DNA from: Leptolyngbyaceae cyanobacterium
GTDB taxonomy: Bacteria > Cyanobacteriota > Cyanobacteriia > Phormidesmidales > Phormidesmidaceae
Assembly (NCBI GenBank): GCA_965263355.1
Contig: CBDHHL010000056.1
Location: forward strand, 1,376,001 to 1,440,000
Direction: 5' to 3'
DNA: 64,000 nucleotides
Of this stretch, positions 10,897 to 20,831 are shown piece by piece. The notes beneath the pieces were generated by a model, which had not been told where the DNA came from, ran no database searches, and worked only from the letters and a program-made list of their open reading frames with translations. Within the stretch, counting starts at the first letter, position 1. Each line of letters begins with the position of its first letter. Both the position numbers and the translations under genes were made by a program.

Positions 10897-12153
10897 TTAG
10901 GCAATACTGCCGCGTTTTCTAGCCTCTTTGTAGGAGGTGCCTACATTCTGTAACCCAGCTCTAATCATTTGTTGTTCGAGGAGGGCAAAAAATCGGTTGC
11001 GATCGCCCCCCCGCACCACCGCCTGATTATGGGCCTCAGCCAGGGCAACCGGGTAGCCAAATCCCTTTTTAACCTGGGTTAACGTCAAACTCAGAGCGGC
11101 GTCAAATAGTTGGCTATCATTAACCACCCATGCTGGAAACTCTACACGGGCGATTTCAGCCCCCACATGTACATGGCAAAAATAAACTTGATGCTCACCG
11201 TACAGCTGCAAAATATCGGCTGAGCTTTTGAATAATGGTCCTCGTTGCCCTGGCTCTAGCAATGTGGCCCATAGGGTGACATCCCGCAGTGGTGAGAATA
11301 TCTGACAGGGCGCACCATCGGTTTGACCCTCGCAGTGTTTTTGACAATCTGGCTGGTCATGGGGGCAGCTTTGCAAGCGCAGAAAGTTCAATGCCTCACT
11401 GCTACGGGATGCGCTGAGATATCCCACCATGGGGATCTGGGCGGCACGCAGGCGATCCCAGGCTGCCAGGATTGGCCCTAGGATTTGGTCCCTGGCAGGT
11501 GCCGGTAGCTGATCGAGGAACCAGTAGATTAATGATCCGTCGGTCATGGCCAGGGTGGGGATTTGGGGATTGGGAGCGGGGAAGAGGGGGAGAGGGGGAG
11601 AAGAGGGCTGAGACGTTAGGGCTGCTTGCATGCCTTGTTCCCTCTGCTTACCTCCGTTCACATCAATCGCTAATTCTGCCAATACCACCGCCTCGGACAC
11701 CGTCCGTCGATAGCCCATCCATTCTTCTGTGCGGATGCCCCACTGTCGTGAGGTGTAAAGGTCTTCTGGGCGATAGATGACCTCTGGCTGACTGTCGAGC
11801 AGCGGAAATCGGCTTTGGCCGTAGTGCAGTACAACACGACCAATGTTAAGCAGATAGCAATAGGCGATTTCGTGGTGGCTGGGGTTGATCTGGGAGCCGT
11901 CAGTGGCAATGACGGTATGGGCTTCTGGGGCGGGTTGGATCTGGACGCGAGTATCCAGGGGTTCAATCGGTTCGGCGGCGGTGAAACCAATCTCATGGTG
12001 GTGCAGCTGGTCGATCAACTGCACCTGATGCAGATGGGCCTGATGGAGGAGTTGGGTTGCGATCGCAATCCTGGTCTTAGCCGCCTCAGCTTCCTTGGCC
12101 AGGTGATGACTAATCCCCTGCATCTGCTGTGCAATTTTTGATAGATCCAGCAT
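10897..12153 (-). CDS. nurA: NurA-domain nuclease family protein
   Basis: ATDGSQI, TDGSL, ARVEFP, GYPVALAEAHNQAVV motifs. Confidence 0.85.
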   Translation of the reverse strand: MLDLSKIAQQMQGISHHLAKEAEAAKTRIAIATQLLHQAHLHQVQLIDQLHHHEIGFTAAEPIEPLDTRVQIQPAPEAHTVIATDGSQINPSHHEIAYCYLLNIGRVVLHYGQSRFPLLDSQPEVIYRPEDLYTSRQWGIRTEEWMGYRRTVSEAVVLAELAIDVNGGKQREQGMQAALTSQPSSPPLPLFPAPNPQIPTLAMTDGSLIYWFLDQLPAPARDQILGPILAAWDRLRAAQIPMVGYLSASRSSEALNFLRLQSCPHDQPDCQKHCEGQTDGAPCQIFSPLRDVTLWATLLEPGQRGPLFKSSADILQLYGEHQVYFCHVHVGAEIARVEFPAWVVNDSQLFDAALSLTLTQVKKGFGYPVALAEAHNQAVVRGGDRNRFFALLEQQMIRAGLQNVGTSYKEARKRGSIA

Positions 12154-12161
12154 AGCCTCAG

Positions 12162-12938
12162 TCAGATCGCATCGAACTTTTGTACTACCGAGTCTAACGA
12201 TAGCAGATCAATTCGATCATCTTCTTGGGCAGCTTGACGTTCAGGGGCTAAGTTGTAACCCCAATCGGCCAAAAATAGCTCAACATGTTCTAAATCAGGT
12301 TGTTGTTTAACCGCTTGTAGAGCCTTAATCCGGTCTTCGATAAACCAGATTTTGGGTGGTTGATGATTGGCAGTGTGGTTTGTTGTCAAGAGGCGTAACG
12401 TCTCATATTTACGGCGTTTAACCTCTTTACCTAAAATCTTTTCAGGGGGCATTGTCACTCCACTTTGTTGGAGTAACTGTTTGATAAAACGGCCTTCCTT
12501 CGTGCTGACAATATAGGTGGGCCGTTTTTCTAAGGAAGCCTGTAGGACGCTTAGCATATTGGGATAAAACCGATGTTGAGCCAACCAGTTATCTAAGTCA
12601 GCGGCAATCCAGGCATCCCGTTCGCCATCCAACGTTTTGGCAGCTTCAATTTTGGTTAGATTGATTTCGTCTAGAAATGGCAGGGCTAGCTCTGGCCAGT
12701 CGGCAATGATTTCTGCAGCAGTTTTATCAGAAACTAAAGCCCTAAGCAGCATTGGCATTTCCCAGCCAGTTTCAATCACAGGCCGTAATGGGTAAAACTT
12801 CTCTGCCAAACCGATAGGAGGTTCTAAACTGTCTGGCTTGAACAGTTTGCAATAGGCCCGCCAAGCCGTCTGGAAATATTCAATCAGCCCGTCACAAATC
12901 ACCCCATCAAAATCAAAGGCCAGCACATCTGGTTGCAT
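12162..12938 (-). CDS. HAD-family hydrolase
   Basis: FDFDGVICD motif I, VSTK, FIEDR, WGYN. Confidence 0.85.
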   Translation of the reverse strand: MQPDVLAFDFDGVICDGLIEYFQTAWRAYCKLFKPDSLEPPIGLAEKFYPLRPVIETGWEMPMLLRALVSDKTAAEIIADWPELALPFLDEINLTKIEAAKTLDGERDAWIAADLDNWLAQHRFYPNMLSVLQASLEKRPTYIVSTKEGRFIKQLLQQSGVTMPPEKILGKEVKRRKYETLRLLTTNHTANHQPPKIWFIEDRIKALQAVKQQPDLEHVELFLADWGYNLAPERQAAQEDDRIDLLSLDSVVQKFDAI

Positions 12939-13076
12939 GGTTAAGTTTCCTGTCAGCTACCTTGCAACGATACCGGAGGAGTCGCTTACGAAAACTATCT
13001 GTTGGCTACAATATGAAGAATACAGTGCTGGCAATGTCAACTATGATAGCGACCACGTCTGTCTGATAGACATTAT

Positions 13077-13712
13077 CTATCGAATAACGATACTTCCCAG
13101 ACGTGTCAAAATTTTCAAAATCTCCCCCAGTTCATGACGGCGAGGAAATAGGGAAAACGTCCGCGATGTATCGTACAGTGGACCAGCTGGCTGAAGTACT
13201 TTTAGAAAAACAAACTCATCACCGTTTGTTGCCATGCCATAAACAGGCTGTTCTGGCTGAGGGCTAGCCAGCATATACGCCAGAAGTTGAGGTAAGGCAG
13301 CCGGAACTGGAATACTGGTTCGCTTGGATTCAACCACCATGATCCACAGTCGCTCTTGCACTACTAGGGTATCGATAAAACCGCGAATGATTTCATCTGG
13401 ATCGTCCAGTTCCAGACTAATCCCGTCAGGAGACTTAAGTCGAAAAGGTGGGTCTAGAAAACCGGCTAATTCTAGTAGAGGTGATAGCACAACAGCATTG
13501 ATCGTGCCTTCTAACAGTAAACCCTCTGCCCGATGATAGTCGTAGCGATTTTTTAGCCGTTCTACACCGAGTACTTGAGCGCTGCTGAGTTCGGGTAAAT
13601 CAGTGCGCCATTCCTTAAAAAAGGTATCACTGCTGGCTTGCTGCAAGTTAAAGTGGCTCTGCAAATCATTCAGAGTTTTAATCCGATCAGTAACGCCAAG
13701 AGCAGTGGTCAT
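13077..13712 (-). CDS. Cyanobacterial HsdR-N-like / PD-(D/E)XK-fold protein
   Basis: GFIDTLVV...VVESKR...QLLAYM...GMATNGDEFVF pattern. Confidence 0.65.
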   Translation of the reverse strand: MTTALGVTDRIKTLNDLQSHFNLQQASSDTFFKEWRTDLPELSSAQVLGVERLKNRYDYHRAEGLLLEGTINAVVLSPLLELAGFLDPPFRLKSPDGISLELDDPDEIIRGFIDTLVVQERLWIMVVESKRTSIPVPAALPQLLAYMLASPQPEQPVYGMATNGDEFVFLKVLQPAGPLYDTSRTFSLFPRRHELGEILKILTRLGSIVIR

Positions 13713-13963
13713 AAAGCTTTCTGCTAAACGGGTTAACTTCAGTTTAGCAATTCTTTTTCTAGGGCTAATGTTTGAAAACAGAGGCCTTGAGAAAAATGGA
13801 AACTCAAGGCCTCAGGGCGTAGAAGCACCTGATTCCAAACCCCAAATCAATCTATACCAGAGGGTACCTAGAAAAATTGTCAATTGATTAACTCTAGTCG
13901 CGTTAATGCTAACCGTAGCAGGATTGAGGGTTTAGAATGGGAAACGCTGGATAGGTAAGCCAT

Positions 13964-15883
13964 ATGGGCAGCTCGGTAGAGTTTCTAGATGAATTTGATG
14001 TAATCGTCATTGGTGCGGGCCATGCCGGATGTGAGGCAGCTCTGGCGTCGGCGCGGCTGGGGGTGCGGACGCTTCTGCTAACCCTTAATTTGGATAAGAT
14101 TGCATGGCAGCCCTGTAATCCAGCGGTGGGTGGTCCAGCAAAGTCGCAGCTGACCCATGAGGTGGATGCCCTGGGGGGAGAGATTGGCAAAATGGCCGAT
14201 CGCACCTATCTACAAAAACGGGTGCTGAATAATTCCCGTGGCCCGGCGGTGTGGGCGCTGCGGGCACAGACCGATAAGCGCGAATATGCCGCCATAATGA
14301 AAACCATTGTGGAGAATCAGGAAAATCTGGTGCTGCGCGAAGGGATGGCGACGGATTTGATTTTGGGTGAAAACGATGATGTCATTGGGGTACAAACTTA
14401 CTTTGGGGTAGCATTTCGCTGCAAGGCGGTGATTCTCACGACGGGTACATTTCTCGGTGGTGTGATCTGGGTGGGTGATAAGTCGATGGCGGCGGGTCGG
14501 TCTGGTGAGTTTGCGGCTGTGGGTCTGACGGACACACTCAATCAATTAGGGTTTGAAACCGGACGTCTGAAGACAGGGACGCCAGCACGGGTGGACCGTC
14601 GTACGATCAATTTTGATGTGTTAGAGAAGCAGCCCAGTGACCTGGATGTACGCTGGTTTAGTTTTGACCCAGAGGTGTGGGTTGAGCGTGAACCGATGGA
14701 TTGTCATTTAACTCGTACAACCGCTGAGACCCATCGCATTATTCAAGAGAATCTTCACATGTCACCCATCTATGGTGGCTGGGTGGATTCTAAGGGACCG
14801 CGTTACTGTCCTAGCATTGAAGATAAAATAGTCCGGTTTGCGGATAAAGAGAGTCATCAGATCTTCTTAGAGCCTGAAGGTCGGACAATTCCTGAGATTT
14901 ATGTGCAGGGGTTCTCGACTGGGTTACCCGAGGGTATTCAACAAGCGATGCTGCGCAGTCTACCTGGGTTAGAGAATTGCGCCATGCTGCGTCCAGCCTA
15001 TGCGGTGGAATATGATTACTTGCCGGCTACCCAGTGCTTCCCGACTCTCATGACCAAGAAGATTGAAGGGCTATTCTGCGCTGGGCAGATCAATGGTACA
15101 ACGGGGTACGAAGAAGCGGCGGCCCAGGGGTTTGTGGCGGGAGTCAACTCTGTGCGCTATGCCCAGGGAAAAGAGATGATTATCTTCTCGCGAGAGGGTA
15201 GCTACATTGGTACGCTGATTGACGACCTCTGTACCAAAGATTTGCGTGAGCCCTACCGCATGCTGACGTCTCGCTCAGAATATCGGTTGATTCTACGGTC
15301 AGATAATGCAGATCAGCGGCTGACGCCCCTGGGTCGTGAGATTGGCCTGATCGATGATCGTCGTTGGGAGTTGTATACCCGTAAGCAAGCAAATATTGCG
15401 GCGGAAAAGGAACGGTTGCACAGTACCCGAGTGAAGGCCCATGAGCCTGCGGGTCAACAGATTGTGGCGGATACGGGGCAGAAAATTAAGGACGCGATCG
15501 CACTTGCCGATCTGCTCCGTCGTCCTCGATTCCATTACACCCATTTAGAGCAGTATGGTCTGGGCAACCTGGACCTGACCCGCGCTGAGAAAGAAGGTGC
15601 TGAAATCGATATCAAGTACTCGGGGTACATTCAACGCCAGAAAAGCCAGATTGAGCAGGTGGCCAAGCAAACTAACCGCAAGCTACCCCAAGGCCTTGAT
15701 TATATGGCCATCGACACACTGTCAATGGAGGCCCGTGAAAAATTAACAGCCGTTCAGCCATTGACTGTGGGGCAGGCTACTCGCATTGGTGGAGTCAACC
15801 CGGCGGACATTAATGCATTGCTAGTGCACCTAGAAATTAAAGACCGCCAGCGAGCGCTTGTTAAGACTGTGACACCGGAATGA
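13964..15883 (+). CDS. mnmG: tRNA uridine-5-carboxymethylaminomethyl modification enzyme MnmG (GidA)
   Basis: [53 protein letters not shown]. Confidence 0.98.
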   Translation: MGSSVEFLDEFDVIVIGAGHAGCEAALASARLGVRTLLLTLNLDKIAWQPCNPAVGGPAKSQLTHEVDALGGEIGKMADRTYLQKRVLNNSRGPAVWALRAQTDKREYAAIMKTIVENQENLVLREGMATDLILGENDDVIGVQTYFGVAFRCKAVILTTGTFLGGVIWVGDKSMAAGRSGEFAAVGLTDTLNQLGFETGRLKTGTPARVDRRTINFDVLEKQPSDLDVRWFSFDPEVWVEREPMDCHLTRTTAETHRIIQENLHMSPIYGGWVDSKGPRYCPSIEDKIVRFADKESHQIFLEPEGRTIPEIYVQGFSTGLPEGIQQAMLRSLPGLENCAMLRPAYAVEYDYLPATQCFPTLMTKKIEGLFCAGQINGTTGYEEAAAQGFVAGVNSVRYAQGKEMIIFSREGSYIGTLIDDLCTKDLREPYRMLTSRSEYRLILRSDNADQRLTPLGREIGLIDDRRWELYTRKQANIAAEKERLHSTRVKAHEPAGQQIVADTGQKIKDAIALADLLRRPRFHYTHLEQYGLGNLDLTRAEKEGAEIDIKYSGYIQRQKSQIEQVAKQTNRKLPQGLDYMAIDTLSMEAREKLTAVQPLTVGQATRIGGVNPADINALLVHLEIKDRQRALVKTVTPE

Positions 15884-17474
15884 TAATTCTAAAGGTACTT
15901 CCTACCCCTAGCTGACTTTGGCATTCCAGCCGTCCTTTGTGCTGACTGTGAATGATTTGATAACTGTTAGATAGGCCCAACCCTGGGCCTTGGCCGATGG
16001 CTTTAGTGGTGAAAAAAGGTTCAAAGATTTTGGACTGAATCGCATCAGGAATACCTGGGCCATTATCCTCAAAACAAATGGCTATCTGATTATTTTTCAG
16101 GGTGGTGGTAATCGTAATGCGGGGGGCGGAAGCCTTTCTAGACGTTCGTCGTAGCGCTTCAATGCTGTTATTGATCAGATGCATAAATACCTGATTGAGC
16201 TGAGCTACATAACATTCAACCAGGGGCAACTGACCGTAGCACTTGATTACCTCAATGGTTGGATAAAGACTATCCGCACTCAGCTGATGTTCTAGCAGTA
16301 GCAATGTGCTGTTGAGCCCATTGTGAATATCAACCTTCTTTTTGGCAATCTCATCTTTACGAGAGAATGATTTTAGGGAGAGCACAATATTTTTAATGCG
16401 TTCTGCACCATCACGGGCAGACTGAAATAGCTTAGGTAAATCATCCTTGAGAAATTCTAAATCAGCCTGTTCGGTGGCATCTTCAATTACATCACTAGCT
16501 TGAGGATATTGTTGCTGATAGCTTTCCACTAACGTGAGCAGATTTTGAAAATAGCCATTGGCCAGATGCATATTTGCATAGATAACATTGACCGAATTGT
16601 TAATTTCATGGGCAAATCCGGCCACAAATTGCCCCAAACCTAGCATTTTTTCATTGTGAATAATCTGAGCTTGGGCACTTTTTAGTTTTTTTAGGGTACG
16701 TTTGAGAGACTGATTTTTTCGATGTAACTCCTGGGTACGGATTTGAACAATATGTTCTAATTCTCTATTTTGTTGCTGTTGAACACTATACAAACGGCTG
16801 TTGCTAAGGGCGATGGAAACCTGGTTAGACAGATTTTCTAATCCAACCATGGCACCACCTTCAGCCACAATGCGGGTTTGGTACTGCCACATATCCGCTG
16901 TGTTACCGACCACCAGCAACCCAAAGTTAGCTTGGGTTTGATTATGCAATACGGTTACAGCATATTCATCCATTTCTAAACTAGAGCACCATTGCAGTAG
17001 AGTTTCATCAGTACACCCTTCAGTACACACTAAGGTTGTTTGCGTTCTATCACTATTAAAGAAATCGTTCCAGTCTATGGTGAGTTGCTGAATCGTTGCA
17101 ATTAGATCGTCATCGTAATAACCATCAAAGGCTTCTACATGGAGCTGTCTTTTATCATTGAGAAAGAATAGTAAACAGCGTTCAAAGCCAAGCTCGTAGA
17201 TGGCAAATTCGAGGGCTAGGGAAATGATCTGACTGCTGTCAAAAGTTTGATTGAGGGCGTTACCTAAATCTGAAAGTTTTTGATAAGTTCTAATTTGCTG
17301 ATCAAGATCGGCTTGTACCTGAAAGAAGCGATTCTCAGTTTTAATTAATTGGGTCGCTTGCTGAGCTAAATCATGATTCTGCTGTCTGAGGGCAGCGTTT
17401 TCTCGCAGGAGGCTCTCAATATTAGGAGAAACATCCACGGGCTGATCATCAGGAAAACGCTTACTATTGGCCAT
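15861..17474 (-). CDS. Soluble sensor histidine kinase (GAF-like + HisKA + HATPase)
   Basis: FAHEINN H-box, [29 protein letters not shown] overlaps the FIST stop (TGATG). Confidence 0.9.
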   Translation of the reverse strand: MANSKRFPDDQPVDVSPNIESLLRENAALRQQNHDLAQQATQLIKTENRFFQVQADLDQQIRTYQKLSDLGNALNQTFDSSQIISLALEFAIYELGFERCLLFFLNDKRQLHVEAFDGYYDDDLIATIQQLTIDWNDFFNSDRTQTTLVCTEGCTDETLLQWCSSLEMDEYAVTVLHNQTQANFGLLVVGNTADMWQYQTRIVAEGGAMVGLENLSNQVSIALSNSRLYSVQQQQNRELEHIVQIRTQELHRKNQSLKRTLKKLKSAQAQIIHNEKMLGLGQFVAGFAHEINNSVNVIYANMHLANGYFQNLLTLVESYQQQYPQASDVIEDATEQADLEFLKDDLPKLFQSARDGAERIKNIVLSLKSFSRKDEIAKKKVDIHNGLNSTLLLLEHQLSADSLYPTIEVIKCYGQLPLVECYVAQLNQVFMHLINNSIEALRRTSRKASAPRITITTTLKNNQIAICFEDNGPGIPDAIQSKIFEPFFTTKAIGQGPGLGLSNSYQIIHSQHKGRLECQSQLGVGSTFRIIIPVSQS

Positions 17475-18661
17475 CAGCACACTACGGATAAGACACCTGT
17501 AAAGCTATGTAAGCGATTTTTCCCATTAACGGGGCAAATTTCACCATAGCTGTAGAGTCCAATCCAAGGGATGGATTGGCCAATTTTTTCTTGCAGGGCT
17601 AACACCATGTTCTGCTTTTCTTTTTCAGGCATGATCATCTTGCCTCGACCATCACATTCAATATGAAAAACAAACTTGGGTTGCCGGCCATTTAACTGGC
17701 GATTTATCTGGTCAGCCGTTGCTTCAGCGGCTTGATGCATCTTTTTCGTATCCCGACGAGTTATCCAAAAGTCACTGCCTTCTTCTATATTGGCTGATGC
17801 AACAACGCAATTGGTGCTGTCTTCTTTTGAAATCATACAGCGAATAAATAGATCGCTGCCATATTCCAGCGGATCGGGAGCTGGGAAACCGAGGCCAAGA
17901 TTGACAGCTGTTTTATCCCAATTGGCAATTTCATCGTCTTCCAAGTAGTCGTGTAGTACATCGAAGACAGGCTGGTGGTCAATTTCGTAAATTTTATTGC
18001 CCTCAGCTCGAGTAATGGTGCGTTTTTGACCAATGGGCATACAGCCATGGCTGATTTCACTGATCAATGCGGCTTGGCCTGATAGCAATGCCCATGAGAC
18101 GCTATCGGAAACTACCTGATCGTCACAATATTGATAGGTTTTTTGATAGCTAAAATTGTCGCCGCACAAACCGCCAATAATCGGTAGGGGGCTGTCCCAG
18201 TCCATCATTGTCTCTAGCCCGGTCATGAGTTCATCAAAATTGACGGTCATGGCATCGGCATTTAGGAAAAGTGCGATCGCATCCCCATGATCATTTGTCG
18301 TCAGTTGCTGACCAAGCATCTGTCCTATTAGCATTGAAGACTCACTCAGCCCAGGTAGTACACCATGGTTAAACTGAAGTTCATCGGACCGGATGACCAT
18401 AACTGCTACGGCAAAATTTGATTCATCTGCCAGACCTTGAGCAATGATCCCTGCCGCTGAGCAACCAAATAAAGGGGCATGGTTAGTAGCGATGCGCACA
18501 CTATCAATTAATATTTTCTGCCTGTAGCCAACCGTAGCAAATACAAATACAAAGTCAGGCTGGGTAATCTTAGCTTGCTCTAATGCTTGAGCAGCTGCCT
18601 CTTGTCCAGCAACTTTAGGGTTGCGATGTCGACTAATACCGACACCTGCTTGAGTACTCAT
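17474..18661 (-). CDS. FIST-domain (NosP-like) sensory protein
   Basis: GCSAAGII, IIGGLCGD, SHGCMPIG, C.GRG, GLYSYGEI FIST_N/FIST_C motifs; ATG 18661 preferred. Confidence 0.88.
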   Translation of the reverse strand: MSTQAGVGISRHRNPKVAGQEAAAQALEQAKITQPDFVFVFATVGYRQKILIDSVRIATNHAPLFGCSAAGIIAQGLADESNFAVAVMVIRSDELQFNHGVLPGLSESSMLIGQMLGQQLTTNDHGDAIALFLNADAMTVNFDELMTGLETMMDWDSPLPIIGGLCGDNFSYQKTYQYCDDQVVSDSVSWALLSGQAALISEISHGCMPIGQKRTITRAEGNKIYEIDHQPVFDVLHDYLEDDEIANWDKTAVNLGLGFPAPDPLEYGSDLFIRCMISKEDSTNCVVASANIEEGSDFWITRRDTKKMHQAAEATADQINRQLNGRQPKFVFHIECDGRGKMIMPEKEKQNMVLALQEKIGQSIPWIGLYSYGEICPVNGKNRLHSFTGVLSVVC

Positions 18662-18982
18662 AAAATTAAATAACTGAGGTTGGATAATGGCCAAAATTAG
18701 ACCATCCTATGCTATCTAACACTTTGCAGACTGACAGTTCGTTTGTTCTAACTTAAAATGGATTGGCCACATTATCCGATGCAACCAAAGAACTCCTAGT
18801 TCCTTTTACGGTCATCACCACAGCTCTAAGCTGTGTGTTGTTTACTATATCTAGTAGGTTGCTCTGCTCCTTTCTACTTGTCAAACATCGTAATTCATAA
18901 AAAAGCCAGTTTCCCAAAAAGGAAACTGGCGCAAATATGCGTACCTCATACACTCGATTGAATGGGCCAATGCCCTTAAAAC

Positions 18983-19420
18983 TTAAGCGACATCAGCTGT
19001 AGAATCCACTGTCACCACAGTATGTATCTCGTTTTCCTGCTCAATCAACGGTACAGTTGGAGTCATTTCAGGTTCCTGAGCAGATTCCTGAGCAAATAGT
19101 GTAGCCTTAATCGCATCAATGATAGCCTGAAGCTTCAGCTTGAACCGAGTAATGATGCCCTTTTCATCAGTAGCCGTTTCCTCAGCTGCCTGCTTAGCAT
19201 TCACATAGGCCTCCTGCCCCTTTTCTTTGACTGCTTGAACGGCATTGTCGGCTAGATCTTTGGCAAGAGGGCGGACAGTGCTAGCACCATCCTTAACTTC
19301 AGTAAGGGCATCAACCAAGGCAGATTTAAGGATATCAGCGATCTTTTGAGTGCGGCGACTCCCTTCTGCTTTGATGGACTGGAAGTTTTCGTTAACGGCT
19401 TGGCTGTTGGTATAAGTCAT
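18983..19420 (-). CDS. Conserved hypothetical helical protein
   Basis: Open ORF immediately downstream of the YkvA gene, amphipathic Ala/Lys/Glu-rich sequence; ATG 19420 preferred. Confidence 0.65.
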   Translation of the reverse strand: MTYTNSQAVNENFQSIKAEGSRRTQKIADILKSALVDALTEVKDGASTVRPLAKDLADNAVQAVKEKGQEAYVNAKQAAEETATDEKGIITRFKLKLQAIIDAIKATLFAQESAQEPEMTPTVPLIEQENEIHTVVTVDSTADVA

Positions 19421-19493
19421 GATTCTGTACCTTATGGGATCAATTAAACGTTGAACAAACGATGTCAGTAACAAACTTACTCAGAAGATTAAT

Positions 19494-19823
19494 TTAGCTA
19501 ACGGATACCGCCTGGACATCAACCACCTGCTCGGTTGTGGTGGCGGTATCAGCGGTTGCGTCGGCGTCTTTGTTGGCTTTTTTCTTAGCGGTGTTAACCT
19601 GCTCAAACAAAAGTTGAGACACTTCAGTGACTAGTAAAGTGGCAATGATGCCATCATCTAACCAGCCAATGATTGGAAAAACATCAGGCGAAATATCAAA
19701 GGGACTAACGAGATAGAGGAGGCTACCAAAAACAACCAGCCAACGATATTTAGAATTGCGGATAGCGTTGCGGTACCAAGTCCGTAGGCCTTCGATAATG
19801 GATTGCTGTGCAGATGTCTTCAT
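19494..19823 (-). CDS. YkvA/DUF1232 family membrane protein
   Basis: YLVSPFDISPDVFPIIGWLDD motif. Confidence 0.88.
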   Translation of the reverse strand: MKTSAQQSIIEGLRTWYRNAIRNSKYRWLVVFGSLLYLVSPFDISPDVFPIIGWLDDGIIATLLVTEVSQLLFEQVNTAKKKANKDADATADTATTTEQVVDVQAVSVS

Positions 19824-19945
19824 AGGTTGTGTCTCTCTTGTTCGACAAATTCATAATCGCAAAGAGAGAGACATGACGCAGGTGGTGAATGCCCCCATGG
19901 CATGGGGTAAAATTACACCGACACTACCGTATACGGTTCACCACC

Positions 19946-20449
19946 ATGATAACTCAAAGTACTGCCCTGAAGGCGTTTCAACGACTCATCCCCATTTCCC
20001 TCGTGGTCATTTTTATACTGTTTGTGCCAGTTGTAAAAGTGTCTATGTTCTTTCCTTGGTTTGCACCCATGGCAGATGCGGCCCCTAAAGACTCCTTTCA
20101 ACGAGTTGAGATTAAAGGTGATGATGAACTGATGGAGGCCTATCGCAACGGTGAATCTGACCTGATTGTGGAAGGTGTCGGTCGGGTAGAACGCTTACTA
20201 GCAGATGATCTGGAGGGTTCTCGTCATCAGAAATTTATTTTGCGACTGGCGTCAGGACAATCGTTATTGGTAAGCCACAACATTGATCTGTCTACTCGCC
20301 TTGATGACTTAAGAGAAGGGGATGAAGTCCGGTTTCGGGGAGAGTATGAGTGGAATGAGCGGGGGGGTGTTTTGCATTGGACCCATGATGATCCTAAGGA
20401 CTGGCATGCCGATGGTTGGCTAATCCATAACGGAATTCGATACGACTAA
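19946..20449 (+). CDS. DUF3465 family protein
   Basis: LADDLEGSRHQKFIL, HNIDL, GEYEWN..GGVLHWTH.DP; start uncertain. Confidence 0.8.
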   Translation: MITQSTALKAFQRLIPISLVVIFILFVPVVKVSMFFPWFAPMADAAPKDSFQRVEIKGDDELMEAYRNGESDLIVEGVGRVERLLADDLEGSRHQKFILRLASGQSLLVSHNIDLSTRLDDLREGDEVRFRGEYEWNERGGVLHWTHDDPKDWHADGWLIHNGIRYD

Positions 20450-20644
20450 ACTGAAATGGAGATGACTTTGATCAGTCTATGACTCTCTGTGAATGTGGAC
20501 AGGTAAGGTTTTATGATGACTCAAAAATGTGTCCGCAATAACAAAATATTCTCTATAAAAGACAGATTGATTGCAACTATTAATTGTTTTTTAGAGTAGA
20601 ACAGGTTGTCCGCAGCAAAAAACATTGCTTGTTAAGAATAGGTG

Positions 20645-20681
20645 AAAATGGCCTGAAACTAAAGTTTCAGGCCATTTTTTT
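20645..20681 (+). terminator. Rho-independent terminator
   Basis: AAAATGGCCTGAAACT/AGTTTCAGGCCATTTT perfect stem plus T-tract. Confidence 0.75.
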
Positions 20682-20831
20682 GATTTTTTTGCTTCTCAGG
20701 ACAAGTGGCGATAAGAAAATGAGCTAGGATCGCATCAAGAAAATTTGATGCATAGCGAACCATGTCTGTATACCCTTGAAGCTGCTCATTTTGGTTTACC
20801 TAAGCCCCCTTATTCCTAATGGGTAAGGGCT

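Noticed and set aside
10897..12938. nurA as part of a HerA-NurA or defence module
   Set aside because: No herA/ATPase nearby; nurA next to a HAD hydrolase looks like ordinary cyanobacterial gene order
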